A stretch of 64,000 nucleotides of DNA from Penicillus capitatus (lineage: Eukaryota > Plantae > Chlorophyta), in assembly GCA_965649825.1 (NCBI GenBank), contig OZ287697.1, positions 1,141,635 to 1,205,634 of the forward strand. Reading direction: 5' to 3'. Positions 1 through 10,604 of the stretch are shown here, piece after piece. The position numbers and the translations under genes are program-made. Under the pieces are notes generated by a model. That model searched no databases. It had not been told where the DNA came from and worked only from the letters and a program-made list of their open reading frames with translations. The stretch's first letter is position 1, and each line of letters opens with the position of its first letter.

Positions 1-3000
1 CTTTCCGCTGCATTGTTTGCACAACAAGCCGTTCGCTGCCGCCTCTTCTCCAAAAGAACACTCCCGGACGTCGATCTCCAGTTCGAAATCCTCAAGCGAC
101 GTCTCGCTAAACTCGATCAGGATCTTGTACCGTCCTGGCCGTCGGTATCCAGTGACACCCGTAAACGTCCCCCGTCCTCCTATCAACGGCACAAGGATCT
201 GCCCGTTGAAGAATTCATCGGGAGAACGCATGATCGCTTGTACGGTGTCCTTGGCGACGCCGATCGCTGGACCCTGCTCCAATGCATCCAGCACTTCGAC
301 GTCGATCGTCGGAACGGCGCGTCCACTGGTGTGATTCGACAGAGTGTACTGGCTTTGGAGCACGGTCTGCGTTCGGTCGCCATCCTCGAAACGGATCGTT
401 TTGCGCACAAGCTGTGCGTACGAAGCTGCATCCGGTCCATAAGCGTCGGCTGTATTTCTCTTCCATGACTCACAGCGGCGAGATCCGAGATCGCCTATGT
501 TTTCTAGCGCATCTCTACTGGACGTCTTCTCCACGTCTTCATCAGAGACATCAGAGCAGTTTACGCGGACGGCCGCCAGATCGCTGGCAAAAACGGAACC
601 GCCAGCGCGTCTTGCGCTGTTGTTCTCGAAAGTCACGCCCATCAGAGCTGCCAATGTACATTCGGCACCCGGTTTTGAACAATCGGCGATTTCGGAGTTG
701 GCGACGAAGTGCATTCCTCCTTTAACAAACACAAAACGTCCACGCGCTGTCCGAAGCGCCGAAAGCATTACCTCCGTACTCTGCACTGTTGTTGCGCAGC
801 ATTCCTCTGCTGAATTGCATAGCCAACAGGCCGGCACGTTCGGCTTCGACAGAGATGGCTCCACCTCTCTCTTCGGCAGCGTTGTTTTCGAACACACAGT
901 CGCGGCAGATGATCGTCATCGATCCTTTCCCATTGACGCCGCCGCCGTTCGACAAAGAAATGCAGTTCGATATCTGAACCCGCTCTGCCGTCAGAGTGGA
1001 GTCATGCAGAGCAACGCAGCCGCCAGATTCTGCTGACCCTCCGACCATGACGCCTCCCGTCACCGCCAATGAGCTCAAAGACTCGGCCACAATCAGTCCT
1101 CCAGCCTCAGTGGCATACCCTGTCGTAAAGTTAATGTCTTCCATGGTGGCCGAGGTGTTGACGAGATGCAGACAGCCGCCAGTTTCTGCCCGACAGTTAA
1201 ATATTGCGCAACCGAGGAAGCGAATTTCGGAGTCTTGAACTCGAGCGATTGCTCCCCTTTCGACGGCTGCATTGTCTGACAAAGTCACGTTTGTCAGTCC
1301 TCCTTCCGTTCCGGCCGTCATCTCGATTGCCGCTCCGTTCCTCGCAGAGTTGTTATCCAGACGGGACATCTGGATGGACACTCGGCTCGATTCGCTACAG
1401 TAAATACCGCCACCATCTCCACCAACAGTACTGTTCGTGATGCTGCTTCCGATCAGCTGCACCGTCGATCGAACGAGGTGGACGGACCCACCGTTGTCCT
1501 TAGCGCTGCACGACAAGAAGACGGAGTCCGTGATCGTAGCACTGCTGTTGTCTGCCAGCTGGAATGCCCCTCCCGAGTTTGAAGCCACTGCCGTCAGCAC
1601 AGTGACATTATCCATACGAACGTTGCTGCTCTTCTGACTCCTTAACGCGCCGCCATTGGCTGCGGAGCTCTGACGAATCTCCGAGTGATGGATATCGATT
1701 TGAGAGTTGTCGGTAATGTCCACACATCCTCCCGATTCAGCCTGACTCTCGTCAAACAAACATCGATGAAGGCGAACGGTCGAGGCCTTTGTGACATGCA
1801 CAACTCCTCCGTTGTCTGCAGCACTGCTCCGGTTGAATGTACAGTCCGTTGCAACGACAGTCGCATTCTCTTCGACGCGCATCGCGCCGCCATTTCTCGC
1901 CGAGCATCGATCGAATCGAGCAGCGGTCATGTTCACGACGCTAGAGTCGCGGAGAAGCATTCCACCACCGTTGTCGTTCGCACTGTTGTTGAGGAACACG
2001 ATATCGTGGATGTCGACGATGGTATCCTGAATAAAAATGCCTCCGGCGTGTATGCTTGATGTACAGCCATCGAGTGTGGCATTCCGAATCTTGAACCGGC
2101 TTCCGGTGTTGGCATTGATGCAGCCGCCATTGTCCAGTGCCGAGCAATTCCTTATCGTCCAGTTTGCGATATCGACGACGGATGATCGGGCATACAGTCC
2201 ACAGGCACTGCTGCTGTATCCGCCCTCCAAACGACAGTCCGTCGCCTCCAGTTCCGCATCTCTAAGGTAGATGTGTCTGCCAGACAACGATTGCCCAGCA
2301 TCATTTCCGCTGACAGAAAAGGCACAATCGGTCACGTTTCCGGTCGATCTGATCTCGATTCCGATCGATCCGCCAAAGGCGGCGAAGTTTTCTTCGAACT
2401 CGGAGCGCAACAGATGAAGATGACTGGCAGATGCCACGGAGAGCGCTCCCCCTTGTCGACCTGCGGAGTTGTTGACGAAAATGAGATCACTGCCTCTGAA
2501 GAGTGAGCTAGTGCAGAACACGCCGCCGCCTCTCTCCGTAGCGTGGTTCGACTCGAAGCGACAGTCACTGGCAACAAGGGCACTGTTCTCTTCGAGGTAC
2601 AGCGCTCCTCCCCTTTCGGCCGAATTGCTTTGCAGCGTCGAATCGATCAGAGTGACGTTGGAGTTGATCAGGTGAAGCGCCGGTCCAGTTTCGCCTTCGT
2701 TCCCACGGAATGTGCTGTTCTCGATGACGGCTTCGGACATTCGCATCCGGATGGCACTGCCAAGTGTGTTGTTCGAGAAAGACGCGTCCGTTATCGTCAG
2801 CGATCCTTCGGAAGCGACAAAGACATTTCCTTCATTGTCCGTCGCGACGATGCCTTGCGCCGTCGTCTGATATCCAGATGGGCACTGAAACATGGCGTTT
2901 TCATCTTCGTCGTGCGCCGCCTTTTCCAGACGGTTCCCCCTGATGACGACATCTTGCAGCGTGTTGCTGAGGGAGAGGATGGCACCGCCGACGACGCTGT

Positions 3001-4045
3001 AGTTGTTCTTCAGAAATCTGACGTCCACCATCTCGACAGACGTACAGGATGGAGCTTGAATTCGAATTGCCGACGATCGACTGAATGCATTCTTGTTGAA
3101 ACGAATGTGATGAAGCTTCAGAGCGTCCCGAACGCGCCGCGAATCACAACTTTCAACTTCGATGACGGCCGAGTGAAACAGCGCCTCGGAAGCGTTGAAG
3201 ACGCACCTGCGAAATCTGAGATTGGAGAAGAGCACGGATCCAGACCTGTAGATCGCCACCCTTAACAATATCCAAGCACGTCGCTCAGTGAACGTACCTG
3301 ATAAGGAAGATTCCTTCGTTTTGACGAAGACAGAAGAGTGTGAGTTTTCGGGATGCTTCGGGAAAGATGCCGTCTACGAGATCCGTGTCTTCGACATTGG
3401 CACTGATCGTTAAGGACCACGGTATGGTGACACGCGCCGCAAGACGAGTGGCTCTCGCTGCGGGTAGAAGGAGCGTGTCGCCTCCTCGAGTGCAGTTGAC
3501 AATGGCTTGCAGGTCATTCTGCACCTCCATGATGGCACGTCTGTCGATCGACCATGTCCTCTGGTCGACGTCCAGCCACCGATCGATTTGCTCATCTCCG
3601 AGGTTACACGCATAATCTGCTCATCACACAAGAGGGTGCCCATGCTGTCGCATCCAATGAAAAACCGTTGGTTACCGTTTAAGCTGGGCACGTCGGAGTC
3701 CTCGGACAGTAACTGATTTCCCAGCGGCTCGGTCGCCTAAAAACAAAAGATCATCGTGAAAACGAAGTCCGTGACGATGCCGCAACGGAGGCGCACTTGA
3801 TTGAGTCGTCTTGACCGACTGTGAAGTCCGGCTGGCTCTGATAGAGTTGACAGGAACCTGTCTCCAGGGTCTGTGATAAACAGCGCGTGCGTCGCGTGTT
3901 AGTCTCCCCTGGCGAATGAACTGTCAGCGGCGTCACCTGCGCCGAGTTGAGGGAGATGCGCAGAAGCGATTTCGGGAAGGTGGACGTTTGCGTTGGGGTC
4001 GGCGACAGTGAGCAGAGCGGTTATGAGAACGCAGAGTAGTCGCAT
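1..4045 (-). CDS. Pmp-repeat (GGA[I/V]) right-handed beta-helix membrane-protein family, copy A; multi-exon, 3' end runs off the window start
   Basis: Signal peptide MRLLCVLITALLTVA (ATG 4045). Short exons lead into DYACNL...MEVQNDLQAIVNC...EGIFLIR. Large exon 772-3268 has many GGA/GGC and FxxN motifs. A 52-nt intron (771-720) is followed by an open frame to base 1 (GGMHF...ECSFGEEAAANGLLCKQCSGK). Confidence 0.85.
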
Positions 4046-5792
4046 GGTGACACCTTCATACATATCGTCTCTTTCAAAACGGACACTGCACTTTGGCAAT
4101 GGTTCTCGACAAAGAACAAACACGTGGCAAATTTCTTGGCGTTGCTGCAGCTAGTAAGAAGTGACGACGGACGCTCCGCCTTCCTGTTCCTTCTCTGTCT
4201 CTGAAAAGACAAAGAGGAGAATAGAAACGACGGTGTAGCCATCAGTGGCAGTTCTGGCACCTTCAGACTCGCTGTTCTTTCTAACCGGCGCTAAGAACAC
4301 AGAATTTGAGTTTTCTGCAAAAGGACTGAGAATGGGTTTCTGAAGTTTTCCCAACGGCCCAGTCAATTACAGAGTGATCTGTTGCGCTTTTGACAGAGCG
4401 AGGGTTTCCAACCGGCCTCGCCAGCTGCTGTTCCTGCTGTTTTCGATGGGTGATGGCGCAGAATAGAATCTGAACGCTAGCTATATGTATCCAAACTATG
4501 GGATGCGCTAAAATGAAGACTCTCACTCTAGAATTCACTCCAACTTCAGAAGAGCGCGAAATTCTGTATCAGTGTGCAATGGGTTTACATGAAAACCAGC
4601 AGAAGATCACATCATGGTTTCGGTGAGCGCTGTCATGTGCGTCATTTGGCGCATGCGAAAGAATGGCACGTGAAAAAGGCATCGGTTTCGATGATGACAA
4701 AGGCTATCATTTGCAGTGCTGGATATGCAATACTAAACTGCAATGGATAATGCCAGATAGACCACCAGGTGTCGTCAGATGGCAGTAATTGAAGCTGTAG
4801 AGTCATTTGACAAGACGTGAACCGCGGCCGACCGTCTCTGCCCGTATCGCTCGTTGTCTATCGTTTTTAACTTGTTCATTAGGAGAATGTTTGGAGATAG
4901 ATGCCCGCCCATCTGATGGATAGATAATGTGCTGCCGTAACTACCATTTGCCTTTTATTCATCGACTCAGGCTGTCCACAAAATACTCGACGACGTACAC
5001 GACGCAGTAAGGTCGGCGGCGCCTTTGTTGAAAATCGGGCTGATTTCCGTCTGTAGAACGACGCCCGCCGCAACAACAAGTCTTTGGACTTTGGAGAAAT
5101 GGCCGACCGGTCTCTGTTCTGCGGCAAAACTTCCAACCGACCAGACGGACCAAGAACCGCGTGCGAACTCGTCAAAACGGTAAGCGCAACGAACACATTA
5201 GCGTGTATCGTCACGGGTGAGCGTGTTTGCAGTGTGCGAATTTAACGACTTCCGCAGAAAGCGCTTTTATGGAAGTCTGTTCGAAGAAGACGGTTAAGAA
5301 CGCGGCCTCTGTTGTGCTCGACCCGAAAGACAATACCTCGTGGACGACAGGCGTGGCTGAGGGCAAACGAAGCAATGACCTATCTCGTTGCGTCGGAGTA
5401 AGCGATACCGTTAAAGATTTCACGCTTTGAGATGCACGTTCTTTGCAGACACTGCGCAGCGAGGGCTGTACTTCGAGTCCGACGCCCAACGTCTGTCAAG
5501 CCTCTAGCGTGAGTCGCCTTTTACTAAGCACTTATTTTCTGACATCGAGTTCAATAGATGTGGGATCCTGTGAGTGTTGCCAATGCGTTTCCGTCGCATA
5601 CTTCTCATCTTCGCTGCCGCGGAAAAGGCTCTTCATATGTTTTCTTTAAAAGCTTCGACCGTAAACCGGTTCTGCACATGAAGTCACATGCGTCAAGACG
5701 CACGACTACTAACAATCCTCTTTCGGTGAACTTGACTCAACCATCTTTACACCTAGCAGAGTGGATTCGCTCCCAGATTTCAGTTCTCGCGC

Positions 5793-6356
5793 ATGTACAG
5801 GTGTTCTGCCTTTTCTTCTGTTCTGGATTATAAACAGCTCTTTGCTCAGGGAACTTTCGAGAAAATCTGTGAGCTTGAGGTCAAGGGACATGGCCTTGTA
5901 CAAATCTTTCGCGTTGGACAGGCTTACGGAGGGAATATTTTGGAACGTATGGGACCGTTCTCGAGGAGTATGACAGTTCCACTCTTTTGCAAGGGTTTCT
6001 CGGATCCGGCAATAGGGACGCGAGGCCTGGCCCACTTGCCGCAGAGTGCTCTGCGCCATCGCGTTCACGTCCTTGCTGATCCAAAGAGAGGCGTGGAGAA
6101 GTTCATTTACGTGGGAGATCTCGCGCTTCTGGGTGGCGCAGACGGAGAACCCCCGTCTGGCAGTGATGCGCACGGACACCAGACTGCTGCCGAAAGTAGT
6201 GCCTCTCGATCGGCAACAGGAAGGGATTTGACTGAGTTGGAGAGATCACTTATCCAGAAGGTCTTCACCAAGAGATTGTACCGGAGTTTGGAAGAGGTTG
6301 TTAAGGCATTCAACAAAGAGGATGACGCCGAACAGAAAGCGGCTTGGCAGAAGTGA
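5793..6356 (+). CDS. Probable N-terminal segment of the downstream NB-ARC-TPR protein, separated from it by a 1-nt frameshift
   Basis: 187-aa protein-like ORF ending ...KAAWQK* and overlapping the start of the 1411-aa ORF (VIRKIIC...) in the -1 frame. Confidence 0.55.
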   Translation: MYRCSAFSSVLDYKQLFAQGTFEKICELEVKGHGLVQIFRVGQAYGGNILERMGPFSRSMTVPLFCKGFSDPAIGTRGLAHLPQSALRHRVHVLADPKRGVEKFIYVGDLALLGGADGEPPSGSDAHGHQTAAESSASRSATGRDLTELERSLIQKVFTKRLYRSLEEVVKAFNKEDDAEQKAAWQK

Positions 6357-9300
6357 TTAGGAAGATCATCTGCACTTTCAATGACATGCCTGTCAAAGAC
6401 GCGACTGCTAACCAAGGAGCCGTGATCCGGGAGTGTCTTGCTTTGTGCGAACTCGACAGCGCAAATGACGAAGGCAGACTTCTCCTCAAGGGTTTCTTCG
6501 ACGGACTTCGTGGCAAGCTGTGCGGCGACACTCTGAGCGATAGATATGTGATGGAGGCAATAGAGCACACGCTTCGTAGCGTCAACACTGAAATCTTCAA
6601 TGATAATTCAAGTTCTCTCGTTCAGCTCGCTCAGTTTTTGTTAGATGCATACAATCTGGGCAACGTGAACTCTTCGAAAGAAACGTTTCGCGTACAATGC
6701 AGTGCAATGCACGCTCTTCTCGAGTGTCTGAGGATCCTTCATGACTTCAGCTCAGGCGGTTGGGATCCCAATCAGCGGGAAGGGTTGTACGACAAGTTCG
6801 CGTGCTGGTGTCAGAGAGTGATCGACGTCGGAGGACACTATCCAGCGAAATTCCAAGCGATGATGGTGGAGCAGACTTTGAGCTTCTTACGATCGTGCAA
6901 GCGGGTCGTCCGCGTTGTGAACAACGCAAGACGCATCGCCAGCACTATGCATGGAGAGTTTGGAGAATACAGATCGTTGCGAGGGGTCGTCCATCTCGAC
7001 TTTGATCTCGGAAAAGCGGGATCCGTAACGAGGGCGTTGCTACAAGCGTTGCTGCAGACGAAGCGCGGCGAAAAAATTTGCGCAGAACAATGGCGCACAT
7101 ACCTTCATGCCATGAACAGTGCGTCTTTCGTGGCAATAGAAGATCTGTTAGCGTTTGAAGCATTTACTGAACTCCTCTCCTCTCTCGTGCTCGATGCAGA
7201 GGGCACCGACAATGAACGCTGCAAGGCCCTGAGGTTCGGCGTAGTGGAAATGTTAAACAGGCTTGCTGTCCATGGAAACGACGAAGCCGTTCGCGGAGCT
7301 AGTGCTGAGACTCTCGCAAGCTTCGCCGAACGATCAGACGAGTGGGACTGGTCGAGCGACCCCGATCTCTTTGCAGAGCTGCTTGACAACCTTTCAGAGC
7401 TCAGCATACGGGGCTACGAGCACGAGAAACGCAAAGCACGCGAAGCCATACAAAAACTGGCGTCGAATGTGCATACCGTGGCATGCGAAGATGCGCTGTC
7501 CGAGTGGCGGGGAGGAAAGACGGTCGAGGAACAGATAGAGTCACTTTCGCCCAGTCGATCGCACACGTTGGGCAACGAGCTGTTTTCACAAGTGTGGAGA
7601 AGCCTGGAGGATGAATTGTCCTACGCGACGACGGGAGATCGTTCGCGGCCAAAGAAAAAACATTCTCTGATCTCACCTTACATCGTTCGCTACTTTGCTG
7701 GAAGGAAGGAAGAATTCAACAAACTCTTCGATACGTTCATGTCGAACAGCCAGTCGGTGATCATCAAAGCGATCGTAGGTCCTGGCGGCATAGGAAAGAC
7801 TCAGCTCGCGATAAAGGTGTTTGAACGTCTGAGGATCACAGGAAGCTATGAAAACGCCTTCTGGATCCCTTCAGAATCCAAGGAGAGCCTCGTCTGCGCG
7901 TTCTTGCAGATCGCTGAATACCTCGAGATTCCCAAGGACGACGAAATCCTCGAGGTTGTTACACGTATTCATCAAAAGCTCGAGGGATCGCGCATTGTCT
8001 ACGTCTTCGACGACGCCTTGGATCTCGAATTGATTCGCGAGTACCTTCCGGTGGCGACTGGACATGTCATTGTCACAACGAGAGACGTTAAAACACGGGG
8101 ATGGGAAAGAGACACGATCCATCTCGGACCATTCGACGAATGCGAAGCATGGTTTCTAGCGGAGAAATTTGGATATACCAAGTCTTGGCGTATGAAGGCC
8201 TTGTACGACTTGCTCGATTTGTTGCCCTCTTATCCACTCCCCTTAGCACAGTTTTTTTCGATGATGAAGCATGAGGATGTGTCGAGCCCCGAGGAATGGC
8301 TATATAAGGTGAAATACTATGCGCCCCCGAGAAGGGAAGCCAAGATAATAGAAGTGCTCTCCGCGGAGTACGATGTTGAAGGAGCCAGTGCAAGGGTGTA
8401 CTTGTTCAACGCAAGTGTGCGGAGTATCTCAGAAGAACTCAATGAAATCGGAACGCATGCTCTCGATATACTCACCAAGCTGGCCTTTGTCGACCCAAAT
8501 GGAGTGCCCATCGAGTGGGTGTATAAATGGCACAGACCAGAGGATGGTCAACAATTCAGAGAAAAGACGCAGAAATCCTTAAAGCTCCTCGACCGTTTCT
8601 CTCATGTCAGATGGGATAAAGAGAAGAACCAAGTCTACATTCACGCAGAGACGCAACTTCTCGCGAGGCATCTCCTCCTAGATTATAGTCAAAGTATCCG
8701 TGACAAGAAGGAAGAGTGCCACGATAAAGTCAAAGAGAATGCCAGACAAAATGTGAATACCATAGTCGATTCAATCGACCAATACATCGGCACTTTCAGA
8801 ACGGATACGTCAAACAGAGAATCATGGACATCACTTGCACGAAACGGAACGTCTCTTCTAAAGCACTACAAGGAATACGAGGACGCTTATACAGAAACGG
8901 TGTTAACTAAACACATTGCAAATGCTTACGGGGCAATGTGTATGTTCAATGAATCGCTCTTTTACAATCGAAGAGCGCTCGAGATGTGCGAGCACCTCAA
9001 CGGCAACACAGATCATCCAGACCGCATCCTTTGCATAACGAACTATGCTGTCGGGTTAGCACGCACGGGAAGAGCCAAAGATGCTTTGTCGTTTTACAAA
9101 AGAGCTCTCGAGATGTGTGAGCGCATTCACGGCGATGTGGATCATCCGGACCTCATCCTTTGCATTAGAAACTATTCCGGCGCCCTCGACCGCACGGGAA
9201 GAGTGAAGGAAGCTTTGCCATTTGATAAGAGGGCCCTCGAGATGTGTGAACGTCTCCACGGCGATGTGGATCATCCGGACCTCGTCCTTTGCATTAGAAA

Positions 9301-10579
9301 CTATGCAATCGGACTCGAACGGGCGGGAAGAGTGAAAGAAGCTTTGCCGTTTGAAAAAAGAGCGCTCGAGATGTGCGAGCGCCTCCACGGAGATTCAAAT
9401 CATTCGGACCTTGTCGCGTGCATTAGGAGTTATGCAGTCGGACTTGAACGCACGGGAAGAGACAGTGAAGCTTTGCCGCTTTATAAGAGAGCGCTTGAAA
9501 TGTGCAAACGTCTCCATGGTGACGCTGATCATCCGGACCTTGTCAAATGCATAAGGAACTATGCTGTCGGACTGGGACGCACGGGAAGAGCCAATGATGC
9601 TTTGCCGTTTTACGAAAGCGCATTCAAGATGTGTGAGAGACTCCACTGCGACGCGGATCATCCAGACCTTGTCGCATGCATTAGAAACTATGCCGTCGGA
9701 CTCGGAAGCACAGGAAGAACCAACGAAGCTTTGACGTTTTACAAGAGAGCACTCGAGATGTGTGAGCGCGTCCACTGCAACGCGAATCATCCGCACCTCA
9801 TCCTTTGCGTAAGGAATTATGCCGTTGGACTTGAACGCACAGGAAGAGACAGTGAAGCTTTGTCACTCTACAAGCGAGCGCTCGAGATGTGTGAGAGCCT
9901 TCACGGCGCCGTAGATCATCCAGATATCGTGAAATGCATGAAGAGCTACGCCAACGGGCTTGACCGGGCGGGCAGAGTTAAAGAAGCTTTGCCGTTTGAA
10001 AAGAGAGCGCTCGAGATGTGCAAACGTCTCCATGGTGACGCTGACCATCCGGACCTTGTCGCATGCATTAGGATTTATGCCGGCGGACTTGGAAGCACAG
10101 GAAGAACCAACGAAGCTTTGCCGTTTTATAGGAGAGCTCTCGAGATGTGCAAACGTCTCCATGGTGACGCTGATCATCCGGACCTCGTCCAATGCACGAG
10201 GAACTATGCCAACGGACTCGACCAGGCGGGGATAGTGAACGAAGCTTTAGCGTTCTATAAGAGAGCGCTCGAGATGTGCGAACGACTCTACGGCGACAAG
10301 GATCATCCAGACCTCGTCAAATGCATGAGGAGCTATGCCAGCGGACTCGACCAGGCGGGTATAGTGAACGAATCTTTGTCGTTTTACAAGAAAGCGCTCG
10401 AGATGTGCGAACGACTCTACGGAGACAAAGATCATCCGGACCTAGTCGCATGCACGAGGAGCTATGCCAGCGGACTCAACCGGGCAGGTAAAGTGAACGA
10501 GGCTTTGTTGCTTCTTAAGAGAGCGCCCGAGAAGTTTCACGCGTCTCCATCGCGACACGTACTATCCAGACCTCCTTGA
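6344..10579 (+). CDS. NLR-like STAND NTPase: helical N-terminal domain, NB-ARC-type P-loop domain, C-terminal TPR array
   Basis: Walker A GPGGIGKTQLA, Walker B-like VYVFDDA, HVIVTTR and YPLPLAQ motifs, then 43-aa repeats DHPDLVxCIRNYAxGLxxxGRxxEALxFYKRALEMCERLHGD. One uninterrupted 4.2-kb ORF. Confidence 0.92.
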   Translation: MAEVIRKIICTFNDMPVKDATANQGAVIRECLALCELDSANDEGRLLLKGFFDGLRGKLCGDTLSDRYVMEAIEHTLRSVNTEIFNDNSSSLVQLAQFLLDAYNLGNVNSSKETFRVQCSAMHALLECLRILHDFSSGGWDPNQREGLYDKFACWCQRVIDVGGHYPAKFQAMMVEQTLSFLRSCKRVVRVVNNARRIASTMHGEFGEYRSLRGVVHLDFDLGKAGSVTRALLQALLQTKRGEKICAEQWRTYLHAMNSASFVAIEDLLAFEAFTELLSSLVLDAEGTDNERCKALRFGVVEMLNRLAVHGNDEAVRGASAETLASFAERSDEWDWSSDPDLFAELLDNLSELSIRGYEHEKRKAREAIQKLASNVHTVACEDALSEWRGGKTVEEQIESLSPSRSHTLGNELFSQVWRSLEDELSYATTGDRSRPKKKHSLISPYIVRYFAGRKEEFNKLFDTFMSNSQSVIIKAIVGPGGIGKTQLAIKVFERLRITGSYENAFWIPSESKESLVCAFLQIAEYLEIPKDDEILEVVTRIHQKLEGSRIVYVFDDALDLELIREYLPVATGHVIVTTRDVKTRGWERDTIHLGPFDECEAWFLAEKFGYTKSWRMKALYDLLDLLPSYPLPLAQFFSMMKHEDVSSPEEWLYKVKYYAPPRREAKIIEVLSAEYDVEGASARVYLFNASVRSISEELNEIGTHALDILTKLAFVDPNGVPIEWVYKWHRPEDGQQFREKTQKSLKLLDRFSHVRWDKEKNQVYIHAETQLLARHLLLDYSQSIRDKKEECHDKVKENARQNVNTIVDSIDQYIGTFRTDTSNRESWTSLARNGTSLLKHYKEYEDAYTETVLTKHIANAYGAMCMFNESLFYNRRALEMCEHLNGNTDHPDRILCITNYAVGLARTGRAKDALSFYKRALEMCERIHGDVDHPDLILCIRNYSGALDRTGRVKEALPFDKRALEMCERLHGDVDHPDLVLCIRNYAIGLERAGRVKEALPFEKRALEMCERLHGDSNHSDLVACIRSYAVGLERTGRDSEALPLYKRALEMCKRLHGDADHPDLVKCIRNYAVGLGRTGRANDALPFYESAFKMCERLHCDADHPDLVACIRNYAVGLGSTGRTNEALTFYKRALEMCERVHCNANHPHLILCVRNYAVGLERTGRDSEALSLYKRALEMCESLHGAVDHPDIVKCMKSYANGLDRAGRVKEALPFEKRALEMCKRLHGDADHPDLVACIRIYAGGLGSTGRTNEALPFYRRALEMCKRLHGDADHPDLVQCTRNYANGLDQAGIVNEALAFYKRALEMCERLYGDKDHPDLVKCMRSYASGLDQAGIVNESLSFYKKALEMCERLYGDKDHPDLVACTRSYASGLNRAGKVNEALLLLKRAPEKFHASPSRHVLSRPP

Positions 10580-10604
10580 TTTCGTTAGGAATTATGCCGT
10601 CTAA
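9011..10604 (+). repeat. Tandem array of 12 intact 129-bp (43-aa) TPR units plus one frameshifted degenerate unit
   Basis: GATCATCC(G/A)GAC-type unit starts at 9011, 9140, 9269 ... 10430, exactly 129 nt apart. The 13th unit starts at 10560, out of frame. Confidence 0.95.

Noticed and set aside
722-3268. Bacterial contamination (chlamydial Pmp autotransporters)
   Set aside because: The genes have spliceosomal introns at shared positions and end in alpha-helical multi-TM domains, not an autotransporter beta-barrel.
3899-3901. Apparent premature TAA in the first exon of Pmp copy A
   Set aside because: It falls within a plausible 66-nt in-frame GT-AG intron containing a GACTAAC branch-like motif.
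9011-10558. CRISPR-like or non-coding repeat array
   Set aside because: Units are 129 bp, in frame, lack unique spacers and encode TPRs.
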